A stretch of DNA of 64,000 nucleotides. Source: Defluviitaleaceae bacterium (GTDB lineage: Bacteria > Bacillota > Clostridia > Lachnospirales > WRAX01). The DNA lies in NCBI GenBank assembly GCA_009785555.1, contig WQWB01000001.1, positions 1 to 64,000 of the forward strand, written 5' to 3'. How positions within the stretch are numbered: position 1 is the first letter of the stretch; each line of letters starts with the position of its first letter. The notes below the pieces were generated by a model. It was not told the origin of the DNA. It saw only the letters and a program-made list of their open reading frames with translations, and did no database searches. Positions 38,088 through 48,175 of the stretch are shown here, piece after piece. Made by a program: the position numbers and the translations under genes.

Positions 38088-38582
38088 TTAATGCCAGTAC
38101 TTTTCCCGCGGTATTTTTATATTATCCAAAGGCTTAACAAAAAGCAACGCGATCAACGCGGCCCACGTACCCATCGACATGACGATGCCCGACCGCACCG
38201 ACCCGCCGCTAAAATCCGGTAAATAAGCTAACTCACCTGTTATTATATGCCTCATCAAAATCCAATCGCCGCTTCTTAAATCCGTCATAAACAAATTTAT
38301 GTTTACTGCAATTAGCGTTATCCCAACAAGCCCTAATACTATAATTGCTTTTTGCTGGCCGTCAGACACACCAAACATTCTTTCCCCGCAGACGGATAAA
38401 ATTATAACGGCAATGAAACCCACCATCGAAGCCAGCACAGCTGGAACGTGTGCCGCACTGTAGCCAAGTAATTGGAATAAATAATAATTGCCCGTCGCAT
38501 CATGCCTCCACAACGGCAAAAACATCAAGCTAAGCAACCCAATTGCCGCCGTAATAAACAAAACTTTTCTTTGGTTATTCAT
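38088..38582 (-). CDS. membrane protein, unknown function
   Basis: 4-5 TM helices, 164 aa. Confidence 0.4.
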   Translation of the reverse strand: MNNQRKVLFITAAIGLLSLMFLPLWRHDATGNYYLFQLLGYSAAHVPAVLASMVGFIAVIILSVCGERMFGVSDGQQKAIIVLGLVGITLIAVNINLFMTDLRSGDWILMRHIITGELAYLPDFSGGSVRSGIVMSMGTWAALIALLFVKPLDNIKIPREKYWH

Positions 38583-38645
38583 AACGCCACCCCGTAAATT
38601 ATATGGGTTAATGATAACATAATTTAAGTTGTATGTAAACCATGT

Positions 38646-38942
38646 TTAACAAAACTCCGCTGTCATTCCACGCTTCTTGCACTCCAGCAACAAATAATCA
38701 TACTTTATATGCAAGGATTTCAGTTCATAGATATACGACTCTATAAGCAATTGATTGCTGACGTGGTTCATATTCGCGTTGGCCACATCCATACGCTCCT
38801 TTACATGCGCCACGGCGTCTAAAAGCCGTCGGTCGTCCATGTCCTCCGCATCATCAATATTGCCGTTGCTTCGAACACGCAGCCTTATATCCTTTATCCC
38901 GCTGAATTTTATTTTATGTAACACCTCAACACCCCTTCGCAC
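38646..38942 (-). CDS. small hypothetical protein (possibly a DUF2508/YaaL-like origin-region protein)
   Basis: 98 aa, charged helical. The assignment is weak. Confidence 0.3.
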   Translation of the reverse strand: MRRGVEVLHKIKFSGIKDIRLRVRSNGNIDDAEDMDDRRLLDAVAHVKERMDVANANMNHVSNQLLIESYIYELKSLHIKYDYLLLECKKRGMTAEFC

Positions 38943-39058
38943 TTGTACCGCAGCTTGTCTACAATCATATATATTGTCATGAAGATTTATTTATACCATT
39001 GTTTTACGCCGAATATTATGCTATAATCTTGATAACTAATTATTTATAGGAGTAAATT

Positions 39059-39700
39059 ATGTTAGAAAACGCAGAATTTATTTCACTAGAGAAAAACCCG
39101 CTCATCTCCATACGCGTCACACGCGGGCATTTTACCACAAACATGTCCCATTACAATCATTATTTAGATATGGGCCAACTTAAGTTTAATGCGCTTATCG
39201 CAAAGGATGTTGCGCGCGAATTTGCCATACCATACGTCAATACAACCCTTATAGACACTATATTCTGCATGGAGCGCACGGAGGTAATAGGCGCGTTCTT
39301 GGCGCAGGAGCTGATGACGGACGGTATATGCGTCGTAAACAGCGAACAGCGTATCTACGTCCTAACCCCCGTTACCGGGGCAGACAATAAACTCCTCCTG
39401 CCGGACAATAGAGTAGACAAACTCTCCGGCAAAAACGTCCTGCTCCTCATGGCATCCATCACGTCCGGCGTTATGGTTGAGACGGCGTTGGACTGCATCA
39501 ATTATTACGGCGGCAACCTCGTAGGCGTGTCCACGATTCTTATGACGAAACCTAGGGAGAATTTGGACAACGTAAACGCACTTTTCACGCCCGATAATTT
39601 TGAGGGTTTCGCCTCCTACCGAGCGGACGACTGCGAGATGTGCAGACGCGGCGAGAAATTGGACGGGCTGATTTATAGTGAAGGGTATAGGAGGTTGTAG
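39059..39700 (+). CDS. phosphoribosyltransferase-fold protein (hypothetical)
   Basis: NVLLLMASITSGVMVETA resembles the PRTase type I PRPP loop. C-terminal CEMC. Confidence 0.3.
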   Translation: MLENAEFISLEKNPLISIRVTRGHFTTNMSHYNHYLDMGQLKFNALIAKDVAREFAIPYVNTTLIDTIFCMERTEVIGAFLAQELMTDGICVVNSEQRIYVLTPVTGADNKLLLPDNRVDKLSGKNVLLLMASITSGVMVETALDCINYYGGNLVGVSTILMTKPRENLDNVNALFTPDNFEGFASYRADDCEMCRRGEKLDGLIYSEGYRRL

Positions 39701-39705
39701 AATGG

Positions 39706-39810
39706 CGAACGCAGTTCGCCCCTACGTGTTGATATAGCCAATGGTCATTGCGAGCGCACACGAAGCAATCCAGGAACTTTGATTTTACAGCATTTTCTGG
39801 ATTGCTTCTG
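39706..39810. repeat. composite repeat: inverted CCGTAGGGGCG unit followed by a GTCATTGCGAG...GAAGCAATCCAG palindromic element
   Basis: CGAACGCAGTTCGCCCCTACG, then GTCATTGCGAGCGCACACGAAGCAATCCAG...CTGGATTGCTTC. Confidence 0.5.
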
Positions 39811-39894
39811 GGAAAGATGTCTGCGGCGCGCTAAACGCCCCTTACAATGACGGTGTAAATTACCAGCCATTTCACGGCTGTTAGGAGGATACAT

Positions 39895-41442
39895 ATGATA
39901 AAAATGTTAGCTATATTGCTATCCATAGTTGTGATTGTCGCTGTATTGGCACCTTATAGCCTTGATGCGCTTAGCGAAGATGGCGGGCAATCGCTTAACA
40001 TTCGAGGAAGCAGGCTAAGCTCAACTTCAACCCATACCCTTTCCATTAAAGAAGATGGTGGTTTATGGGCCTGGGGTGTAAATCAATATGGTCAATTAGG
40101 CGACGGCACAACAATAAACCGTTATGTTCCTACACGTATCGGTACAGCTTACAATTGGATAAATATCTCCGCCGGAAGGACTCATACATTGGCAATCAAC
40201 GACGGCGGAGAGTTATGGGCTTGGGGTTCAAACGCTGCCGGACAATTGGGCGATGGCACAATAACAGATCGCCACACCCCAACACGGATAGGAACTTCCA
40301 GCAACTGGATAGATATTTCTGCAAATGGTTTCTATTCCATAGCAATTAACGCTGAAGGCGAGTTATGGGCTTGGGGTTCAAACACTTTCGGTCAATTAGG
40401 TGACGGCACAACGCTAGACAGGCACACTCCAACGCGCATAGGTACCGCCAACAATTGGATGAGTATTTCCACGGGAATCAATTTTTCCTCCCTAGCAATT
40501 AACGCTGATGGCGAATTATGGGCTTGGGGTTCAAACGTTTTTGGACAATTAGGCGACGGCACAACGCTAGACAGGCACACTCCAACACGCATAGGTGCCG
40601 CCAGCAATTGGATAAATGCTTCTGCAGGGGCTAACCACTCAATAGCAATCGACGCTAGTGGAGAATTGTGGGCTTGGGGTTGGAATTCGTTCGGACAATT
40701 AGGTGATGGTACAACAATAGACAAACACACCCCAACGCGTATAGGTACAGCCAGCAATTGGGTAGATATTTCTGCTGGGAGCAGCCATTCGTTTGCATTT
40801 AACTCCTATGGTGAGTTATGGACTTGGGGCAGTAATTGGTTTGGCCAATTAGGCGACGGTACAATTACAAACAGCTACACCCCAATGCTTCTAGACACAA
40901 CAGGTAATTGGATATTTGTTTCCGCGGGAAGCCAATTATCCGTAGCAGTTAATTATAATAATGAATTATGGGCTTGGGGTTTGAATAGCGACGGACAATT
41001 AGGCGACGGTACGAAGATAAGCAGGCTTTTACATGTGAGGATATTCCCACTAACAACTATCCCTGACCCGCCAATAAACGTACACGCATCCCCCGGCGAC
41101 GGATACGCAACGGTATACTTCGACCCGCCCGATAACGACGGCAACAGCTCTATCCTATATTTCACCGTAACGGCAAACCCCGGTGGCTACACGGCTACAA
41201 GCGTGTTCACCCCAATAGTTATATCCGGCCTTACAAACGGCGTAGAGTACACGTTTACGGTTACTGCCACAAATTCAGCCGGGGCTGGTGCACCCTCAGA
41301 AGCATCCAACCCCGTAACGCCAACGGACTTTGGCACAAACCCACCAACTGGTTTGCCAAACATTACTTTATATTTAATCCCCTTATTAGCCTTTGCTGCT
41401 ATTTCGGCTATTTCATGGGGTCTCTATTCAAAAAAACGATAA
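39895..41442 (+). CDS. RCC1-repeat (7-bladed beta-propeller) surface protein with an FN3-like domain and a C-terminal TM anchor
   Basis: Signal peptide, 7x [28 protein letters not shown] repeats, C-terminal hydrophobic anchor + KKR. Confidence 0.8.
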   Translation: MIKMLAILLSIVVIVAVLAPYSLDALSEDGGQSLNIRGSRLSSTSTHTLSIKEDGGLWAWGVNQYGQLGDGTTINRYVPTRIGTAYNWINISAGRTHTLAINDGGELWAWGSNAAGQLGDGTITDRHTPTRIGTSSNWIDISANGFYSIAINAEGELWAWGSNTFGQLGDGTTLDRHTPTRIGTANNWMSISTGINFSSLAINADGELWAWGSNVFGQLGDGTTLDRHTPTRIGAASNWINASAGANHSIAIDASGELWAWGWNSFGQLGDGTTIDKHTPTRIGTASNWVDISAGSSHSFAFNSYGELWTWGSNWFGQLGDGTITNSYTPMLLDTTGNWIFVSAGSQLSVAVNYNNELWAWGLNSDGQLGDGTKISRLLHVRIFPLTTIPDPPINVHASPGDGYATVYFDPPDNDGNSSILYFTVTANPGGYTATSVFTPIVISGLTNGVEYTFTVTATNSAGAGAPSEASNPVTPTDFGTNPPTGLPNITLYLIPLLAFAAISAISWGLYSKKR

Positions 41443-41470
41443 AACTAAGGAAAATTAGGGGGACAAAACC

Positions 41471-42601
41471 GTGGACGGTTTTTGGCAGTCTTTGGTAGAC
41501 ACAATGGGTATTACAGGCATGGATTGGCAGTATGGCGTAATGATATTGATCGCGCTTCTACTGGTGTATTTATCTATTTTTAAGAAGGTGGAACCTCTTC
41601 TACTTCTACCCCTCGCCTTCGGCATTTTGGTTGCCAACATCCCCGGCGCTGGCATGAGCGCACAGGATACGGGCGGCGTTATGTGGTTTTTATACCAAGG
41701 TATTGAGCGGATCATATACCCGCCGCTTATCTTCCTCTGCATCGGCGCGATGACGGACTTCGGCCCGCTTCTCTCCAACCCTAAAACCGCGTTTATAGGA
41801 ATAGGCGGCCAACTTGGCATATTCGCAGCATTTGGGCTGGCCCTTATTATGCCTGAATCGCTCGGCTTCGGCTTCGGCGAGGCGGCGTCCATCGGCATTA
41901 TCGGCAGCTCCGACGGACCCACTGCGATTTTCACCGCCAGCACCCTCTCACCAGACCTTCTAGCTGCCATATCAATCGCGGCATATTCGTACATGGCCCT
42001 CACCCCCTTCATCCAGCCGCCTATCATGAAGCTGCTTACAACCCACAAGGAGCGGGTTATCGTTATGCCGCAACCAAAGCGCGTACCCAAAACTGTAAAG
42101 ATAATCTTCCCCATATCCGTGACCTTGGTCGTTGCCTTAATCATACCCGCCGCCGCGCCACTTATCGGCATGTTGATGCTTGGCAACCTAATACGCGAAT
42201 CCGGCGTATCAGACCGCCTCACCCGTGCCCTCACAGGCGACGTGCTGTCGATTTTAACCATGCTTATAGGTATATCCATCGGCGCGTCCGCGCGGGGTGA
42301 CGTTTTCCTTACGGCCCAAACGCTTATAATTACGGGCCTTGGGCTTGCCGCCTTTACAATAGGTACGATCGGCGGCGTAACGATGGCAAAGATACTTAAC
42401 GTGATTTCCGGCGGCAAGATAAACCCACTTATCGGCAACGCCGGCGTATCCGCCATGCCAATCGTCGCGCGCATCTCCCAGCGCGAGGGGCAAAAATACA
42501 ACGAACAGAACCACCTGCTTATGCACGCAATGGGGCCGATAGTATCGTCCACCATAGGCTCGGCGATAGTTGCTGGTGTTTTCGTGGCCATCTTCGGCTG
42601 A
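41471..42601 (+). CDS. oadB: Na+-transporting decarboxylase beta subunit (OadB/GcdB/MmdB family), with no alpha or gamma subunit nearby
   Basis: Characteristic N-terminus MDGFWQSLVDTMGITGMDWQYGVMIL, ~9 TM helices, 376 aa. Confidence 0.8.
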   Translation: MDGFWQSLVDTMGITGMDWQYGVMILIALLLVYLSIFKKVEPLLLLPLAFGILVANIPGAGMSAQDTGGVMWFLYQGIERIIYPPLIFLCIGAMTDFGPLLSNPKTAFIGIGGQLGIFAAFGLALIMPESLGFGFGEAASIGIIGSSDGPTAIFTASTLSPDLLAAISIAAYSYMALTPFIQPPIMKLLTTHKERVIVMPQPKRVPKTVKIIFPISVTLVVALIIPAAAPLIGMLMLGNLIRESGVSDRLTRALTGDVLSILTMLIGISIGASARGDVFLTAQTLIITGLGLAAFTIGTIGGVTMAKILNVISGGKINPLIGNAGVSAMPIVARISQREGQKYNEQNHLLMHAMGPIVSSTIGSAIVAGVFVAIFG

Positions 42602-42710
42602 TAATTAATGATCGGTATAAACCATAGAGATAAAGCCTCCAGATAATATCCGGGGGTTTTATAATATAATTATACTTTACAAACCTAATAAAAACTGTTA
42701 AAATACTTAC

Positions 42711-43055
42711 ATGATTATAACAAACAATCCCATGGTAAATAATGCTTGCCATATAAATGGCCTTATTTTTATTGACGGAAGCCTACTGGATGTATTAACC
42801 GCCGTACGCGATTACGTCCACCGCGGATATACCTTACAAACACACCCGCTCTCCGGCTCCGTTAAGCCAGGTGAAACGCCGTATAAAACGGTCGTATTAG
42901 AAAGTGGGGAATCAGTTTGCTTTAAGAGTTTGAATATAATCGAGGAAAGTATCCTTACTGCCCGTAAACTAACCGCCGATCGAAATTATACAGACAAAAT
43001 GCTTAAGGATTTTCAGCTTATAGACCACACATTAATATTTGAGAGGAAAAATTGA
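42711..43055 (+). CDS. GrdX-like small protein (hypothetical) preceding trxB
   Basis: 114 aa, overlaps the trxB start. The position mirrors the grdX-trxB arrangement. Confidence 0.3.
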   Translation: MIITNNPMVNNACHINGLIFIDGSLLDVLTAVRDYVHRGYTLQTHPLSGSVKPGETPYKTVVLESGESVCFKSLNIIEESILTARKLTADRNYTDKMLKDFQLIDHTLIFERKN

Positions 43056-43990
43056 TTATGTTATATGACGTTGCTATTATAGGTGCGGGGCCCGCAGGCC
43101 TTGCCGCCGGCCTGTACGCCGCACGCGCAAAGATGAACTGCGTTGTTTTTGAAAGGTTGGGTGAGGGCGGCCAAATCGCCATTACAAACGAGATAGAAAA
43201 CTATCCAGGCGCGCCGGAGCATTCGTCCGGCCCGTCCCTTACCGCTCGCATGGGCGAACAGGCGCGCTCCTTCGGCGCGAACTTTATTAAGGACGATATA
43301 ATCGGCGTAAGCCTCGAAGGCGACGTTAAAGTATTAAACGGCAAAGGCGGCGAATACCAGGCCAAAACCGTTATCATCGCAAACGGCGGTAAACCGCGCC
43401 CAATAGGCTGCCCAGGCGAAACGGAACTTATAGGCAAAGGGGTTTCCTACTGCGCCACGTGTGACGCGGGCTTCTTTACCGACCTTGAGGTTTTTGTCGT
43501 CGGCGGCGGTGACTCGGCTGTAGAGGAGGCCATGTTCATCACCAAGTTCGCCAGAAAGGTAACTATAGTGCATAGGCGCGACGAGCTGCGCGCGGCGAAA
43601 TCCATCCAAGAAAAAGCGTTCGCAAATGAAAAGATCGCATTTATGTGGGATACGGTTATCGAAGAAATCAAAGGCGACGGAATGGTAGAATCCGCCGTTT
43701 TCAAAAACCTCAAAACCGGCGAAGTAACCGAATATACAGCAGACGAAGAGGACGGCACCTTCGGCATTTTCCCCTTCATCGGCTTTGATCCGGTTTCAGA
43801 CCTTTACAAAGGCAAAGTAGATATGGATGCCGCTGGCTACATCCCCACGGACGACAATATGAAGACGAACGTACCCGGCGTTTTCGCTGCGGGCGACATA
43901 CGCGTTAAATCCCTTCGCCAGGTCATCACCGCTTGCGCCGACGGGGCTATAGCGGCCGTACAGGCGGAGAAGTTTATTGAAGGGCATTAA
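43052..43990 (+). CDS. trxB: thioredoxin-disulfide reductase
   Basis: GAGPAG FAD motif, redox-active CATC, NADPH motif GGGDSA. Confidence 0.9.
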   Translation: MIMLYDVAIIGAGPAGLAAGLYAARAKMNCVVFERLGEGGQIAITNEIENYPGAPEHSSGPSLTARMGEQARSFGANFIKDDIIGVSLEGDVKVLNGKGGEYQAKTVIIANGGKPRPIGCPGETELIGKGVSYCATCDAGFFTDLEVFVVGGGDSAVEEAMFITKFARKVTIVHRRDELRAAKSIQEKAFANEKIAFMWDTVIEEIKGDGMVESAVFKNLKTGEVTEYTADEEDGTFGIFPFIGFDPVSDLYKGKVDMDAAGYIPTDDNMKTNVPGVFAAGDIRVKSLRQVITACADGAIAAVQAEKFIEGH

Positions 43991-44127
43991 ATTCTTGGGT
44001 GACTTGCATTCCCTTACAATAACAGATACCGGACCTTTGCCCGGAATAACATAAATTAACCGGCAAATTTAATTGATATAAGTGCGAATAGACGGTAATA
44101 ACTTATAGAGAAGCAAAGAGGGCTATT

Positions 44128-44352
44128 ATGGACAGGTTCGAATACACTACCATGGTATACAAAGCCAAGGGCGTCTTCGCCGCAAAATATGACGACGCGG
44201 AGCTTAGGCAGGAACTTAACAAAATGGGTGAGGATGGCTGGGAGCTTGTAAATTTCGCTACCTGCGCGTCTTCCGGTACAACGTACCAGCTGGTTTTTGT
44301 ATTTAAGCGCAAAACGTCCGGTGCGATTGGTGGCTACAAGGTTTACAACTAG
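44128..44352 (+). CDS. DUF4177 domain protein
   Basis: EY..M.YKAKGVF....D.AELRQELNKMGEDGWELV pattern. Confidence 0.55.
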   Translation: MDRFEYTTMVYKAKGVFAAKYDDAELRQELNKMGEDGWELVNFATCASSGTTYQLVFVFKRKTSGAIGGYKVYN

Positions 44353-44366
44353 AGAAGGAAATTGTT

Positions 44367-44822
44367 ATGAAAATTGTGGAAGCCCTCAAAAATAACCTAG
44401 ATGGCGAAGAACTAAAAAACGCTTTGAGTTTTGTTGATTATATGGTATCGAATGGATTTACGCCAAAAATGGAATGGGATAACGGTTGCCGCTTCGTTAA
44501 AGACGGTAAGTCGCCTTGTTTGCTCGTGAATATACAAGGCGATGGGGAATGGTTTTTGTGTGACGTACCAGTCATCACCGAACCAGAATGGAATCTATTG
44601 GAAAACAGCTTAAAACAGTTTATCGTTGAAAATATCAAGGTATGCAGCGTTCACAAAGGCGATAAATGCAGCTGCGGCAACGAACCTGGCACGACCAAGA
44701 AAATCTTCGGCAAGTATTATGATAATGTTTGCTCTTCGGAAATCCAATTCATCAACCCTACTTCTGATGTACTTGATAGGTTTAGGGAAATTGTTGAATG
44801 GTGGCTAACCAATAAGGAGTAG
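44367..44822 (+). CDS. Cys-rich hypothetical protein
   Basis: 151 aa, several Cys pairs (CSVHKGDKCSCG). Confidence 0.35.
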   Translation: MKIVEALKNNLDGEELKNALSFVDYMVSNGFTPKMEWDNGCRFVKDGKSPCLLVNIQGDGEWFLCDVPVITEPEWNLLENSLKQFIVENIKVCSVHKGDKCSCGNEPGTTKKIFGKYYDNVCSSEIQFINPTSDVLDRFREIVEWWLTNKE

Positions 44823-44826
44823 AATT

Positions 44827-46245
44827 ATGAAGAAAGCAATTTTGGCATTAGTATTGGTATTTATTTTTGTTCTCTCTTCCTGTTACGGCATTACCCATGA
44901 TGACTACAACCGCGGCGTTACCGAGTATTACCGCCTCGTCGGCGAACTTGACCGCCTTATTGGTGAAATCGACGGCGTTATACAAGAACTTGCCGCAATG
45001 CGCGCCGGGATCCATATCGCGCCCGCGTCGGCCGACGTTCCATACGGCTTTGACGCCGTGCCGCGCGCGGAATATACCTACAGCTTCAGCTCCGCACACG
45101 GCGGGATGATGATAACGGGATTTACCGGCTCCGCACAAAACCCGGCTGTTTTAGACAATGTACCCGTTACGGCTATCGGCAACGGCGCTTTCCGTAACCT
45201 ACCCATAACCTCCGTACACATCCCGGAAACGGTTATCCACATCGGAAGCGACGCGTTCAGCAATACCGGGCTTGAAGGCGTCGTCCTGCCGCCACGCTTG
45301 CAATCCGTCGGCAATAATGCCTTCGCCGGCACTAACATTACGGAGCTGATTATACCAGGAAGCATGACGGAGATACCTACTGGCAGCTTTCGCAACATGC
45401 CATATCTAGAGTCCGTAACGGTAAGCTACGGCGTGAGAAGGATCGCCGAGGGCGCATTCAACTCAAACCCAGCACTTTACCGCGTAATTTTACCGGAAAG
45501 CGTTACGGAAATTGGCGCACAAGCCTTTCAACAAGCCCACAACCTAAGATATATAAATATTCCGCACGGCATTACGGAAATAGCGCACAGCACTTTCTTG
45601 CAGACAACCAACCTACGTAAGTTAATTATACCGGAAAGTATAACGGTTATAGGGCTCTCCGCTTTTTTCCAATCAGGCTTAACCGAAGTTATCATCCCCG
45701 CAACCGTTGGACTTATAGTTGACAACGCGTTCGCAGAAATGCCGTATTTACGGAGCTTCACCATAAAAAGCGCGGAAACAGTTATTTCTCCGGGTGCGTT
45801 TAGAAATAATCGTGCTTTGGAGACCGCCATCCTTCCCGATGGTATGGTAAATATACCGGAATCTATGTTCCGCGGTGCGATATCGCTAAGCGATATCAAT
45901 CTGCCCAATACTGTTATCGAAATAGGCGTACAAGCATTTAACGACACTCCTAGCTTAACCTCAATCCATTTGCCGCATGGGCTTGAGAGGATTGAAAATA
46001 TGGCGTTTTCTGGCAGCGGTCTTACGGAAATTACAATACCTGCCACAGTTACATTCATTGGGAGCAATGCTTTTGGGGCTAATGCAAACCTCACACGCGT
46101 ATATTTTGAAGGAAACGCACCGGAAATGGTAGGCCAAGTATTTTGGAACCATCACCCCGGCCTGGTAATCGTCCACTACGCCGACGCGGAAGGATTTACG
46201 AACCCGTGGAACGGCGTGCCAACGATGATAAGGGAACGGCAATAG
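44827..46245 (+). CDS. BspA-type leucine-rich-repeat lipoprotein
   Basis: Lipobox VLSSC, ~22-aa LRR repeats (IPxSVTxIGxxAFxxxxxLxxI). Confidence 0.75.
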   Translation: MKKAILALVLVFIFVLSSCYGITHDDYNRGVTEYYRLVGELDRLIGEIDGVIQELAAMRAGIHIAPASADVPYGFDAVPRAEYTYSFSSAHGGMMITGFTGSAQNPAVLDNVPVTAIGNGAFRNLPITSVHIPETVIHIGSDAFSNTGLEGVVLPPRLQSVGNNAFAGTNITELIIPGSMTEIPTGSFRNMPYLESVTVSYGVRRIAEGAFNSNPALYRVILPESVTEIGAQAFQQAHNLRYINIPHGITEIAHSTFLQTTNLRKLIIPESITVIGLSAFFQSGLTEVIIPATVGLIVDNAFAEMPYLRSFTIKSAETVISPGAFRNNRALETAILPDGMVNIPESMFRGAISLSDINLPNTVIEIGVQAFNDTPSLTSIHLPHGLERIENMAFSGSGLTEITIPATVTFIGSNAFGANANLTRVYFEGNAPEMVGQVFWNHHPGLVIVHYADAEGFTNPWNGVPTMIRERQ

Positions 46246-46377
46246 GGTTTCATTCAAAATATCTCAAAACTACAAATTTTTATAACCCATTTTATTTTTA
46301 GTAGCAACTGTATATATATAAAGCCGTTTAATTTGAAAACAAATACCGTTTTCATGTTAAGCGGCTTTATTATATAG

Positions 46378-46440
46378 AGAAATTACTTTATAAACAGTAA
46401 AAAAATTAGCTTGCAAAAATTTTTACTGTTTTTGTATTAC
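46378..46440. promoter_or_regulatory. conserved ~60-nt palindromic element (copy 2) upstream of murC
   Basis: AATTACTTTATAAACAGTAAAAAAATTAGCTTGCAAAAATTTTTACTGTTT. Preceded by the hairpin AAGCCGTTTAA...TTAAGCGGCTTT. Confidence 0.45.
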
Positions 46441-46517
46441 GGACATGGAAATTGTCAATAAACTATGTTATACTTATCTGACCATTATTTATTTGAATTT
46501 TAGAATGGGAGCTATAT

Positions 46518-47846
46518 ATGGATAGATTTACCTTGCAAGGCAAAAAAATACACTTTATAGGCATCGGCGGCGCTCATATGAGCGGGTTGGCCGAAATGTG
46601 CCGCCTCTGGGGTTTAAGCGTCAGCGGATCAGACGCGGTAACCAGCGACGCCACGGCAAAACTTATGTCAAGCGGTGTACGCATCCAGATAGGCCATAGT
46701 GCGGATAATATTGATGATAACACCGACTTGGTTGTCTACACATCCGCCGTCAAGCCCGGCAACCCGGAATTTGAGCGAGCAAAAGAGCTTTCTAACAGCG
46801 GCGCGGTACTTATGGATAAAGCAGGCCTTGTCGGTTTAATTATGGAGAATTACGAAAAGTGTATTTGTATAGCCGGCTCCCACGGGAAGACGACGACAAC
46901 GGCGATGATAGGCGAAACCATTTGGGGACTTGGGATGAACCCTACAGTCGTAAACGGCGGCGTCTGCACGCGCCTTGGCACGTCCATGCTCCTCGGCGGC
47001 GATAAATACTTCGTGGTAGAGGCGGACGAATATTACGACGCTTTCCTCAAAATGCATCCAACCGTCGGCGTAATCCTTAATATAGAGCACGACCATACCG
47101 ACTATTTCCCAACAGAAATGTCCATATATGAAAGTTTTAGGAAATTTGCGGAAAACATTAACCCGGACGGTGCGCTTATCGTTAATAAGGATGTAAATCA
47201 TTTAGAATATCTTACGGACGGGTTAAAATGCCGCGTTATTACTTTCGGTGAGGACGGTGCGGATTTTAATGCCGGCAACGTAAAGAACCTTAACCTATCC
47301 GTACCCGGCAAGCATAATGTGATGAACGCGCTGGCGGCAGTTGCAGCCTGCTTCGCGCTTAATATTGATATAGAAGATATTGTTTGCGAACTTACCAAAT
47401 TTACGGGTGCAGGACGACGGTTCCAACTGCGCGGCGAACTTAATGGCGCAAAGATCTACGATGACTACGCACACAACCCAACAGAGATACGCGCAACATT
47501 GTCGGCTGCAAAAAGCCTAAATCCAAGCCGCCTCATCGCCGTTTTACAGCCTCATACGCGATCACGCACTTTAGAGTTTTTCGACGATTTTGCGGCATGT
47601 ATGGATAATGCTGATGAAATCGTGCTTTTAGATATATTTACCCCAGCCGGCCGCGAAGAGGGGCATATCAATATTTCATCCGAAGATTTATGCAAAGCCT
47701 TTACGGATAGAGGTATAAATGCCGTCTACCGCGGCTTGGTTGACGGCAAATTTACCGCCGCAAACGAATATTTACGCCAAATTATTAAACCGGGAGACAT
47801 GGTTATAATTATGGGCGCTGGGGATAACACAAAAGTTTTAGCATAA
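46518..47846 (+). CDS. murC: UDP-N-acetylmuramate--L-alanine ligase
   Basis: IHFIGIGGAHMSGLA N-terminus, Mur ligase ATP motif GSHGKTTTT. Confidence 0.9.
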   Translation: MDRFTLQGKKIHFIGIGGAHMSGLAEMCRLWGLSVSGSDAVTSDATAKLMSSGVRIQIGHSADNIDDNTDLVVYTSAVKPGNPEFERAKELSNSGAVLMDKAGLVGLIMENYEKCICIAGSHGKTTTTAMIGETIWGLGMNPTVVNGGVCTRLGTSMLLGGDKYFVVEADEYYDAFLKMHPTVGVILNIEHDHTDYFPTEMSIYESFRKFAENINPDGALIVNKDVNHLEYLTDGLKCRVITFGEDGADFNAGNVKNLNLSVPGKHNVMNALAAVAACFALNIDIEDIVCELTKFTGAGRRFQLRGELNGAKIYDDYAHNPTEIRATLSAAKSLNPSRLIAVLQPHTRSRTLEFFDDFAACMDNADEIVLLDIFTPAGREEGHINISSEDLCKAFTDRGINAVYRGLVDGKFTAANEYLRQIIKPGDMVIIMGAGDNTKVLA

Positions 47847-47916
47847 ACTTTCTCATATTTCCCCGTTTAAAAACATTGAATTTCTTTCCGGTTTATGCTA
47901 TAATTATCACCATAAG

Positions 47917-48147
47917 ATATCAACAAATTGTTGATATCTATGTTGATAAATAAGTGGATAACCTAATAAAATATTGTAAAATTAACTATTTATATGTTGA
48001 TAACTGTCGAGTTGCCTAATTATCCTTGATTTTATCGCATTTTGGCAAAATCATTTGTGGATAATCAACAGTTATCAACATAGATTTTGTGGATAACTGT
48101 TGATAACTATACCAAACATTACTATAGCACTAACTAACCTATCCACA
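47917..48147. other. oriC: oriC part 1: cluster of ~10 DnaA boxes (TTATCCACA and one-mismatch TTATCAACA) upstream of dnaA
   Basis: Boxes at 47953, 48057, 48088 and 48139 match 8-9/9. TTATCAACA variants at 47917, 47929, 47941, 47995, 48072 and 48098. Confidence 0.7.
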
Positions 48148-48175
48148 TCAATGTTCACATTAATTGGAGAATAAA

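Noticed and set aside
40065-40757. Periodic ~150-bp DNA repeats and alternative-frame ORFs inside 39895..41442. These could be mistaken for a tandem repeat or CRISPR-like array.
   Set aside because: The periodicity is the coding repeat of seven RCC1 blades in one long ORF, with no spacer/repeat architecture. The alternative-frame ORFs are shadows.
42711-43055. Calling this a glycine/betaine reductase (grd) locus from the GrdX-like + trxB pair
   Set aside because: No grdA/B/C/E or selenoprotein genes are present. Only the small protein and trxB are here, so this is at most a remnant or a coincidental arrangement.
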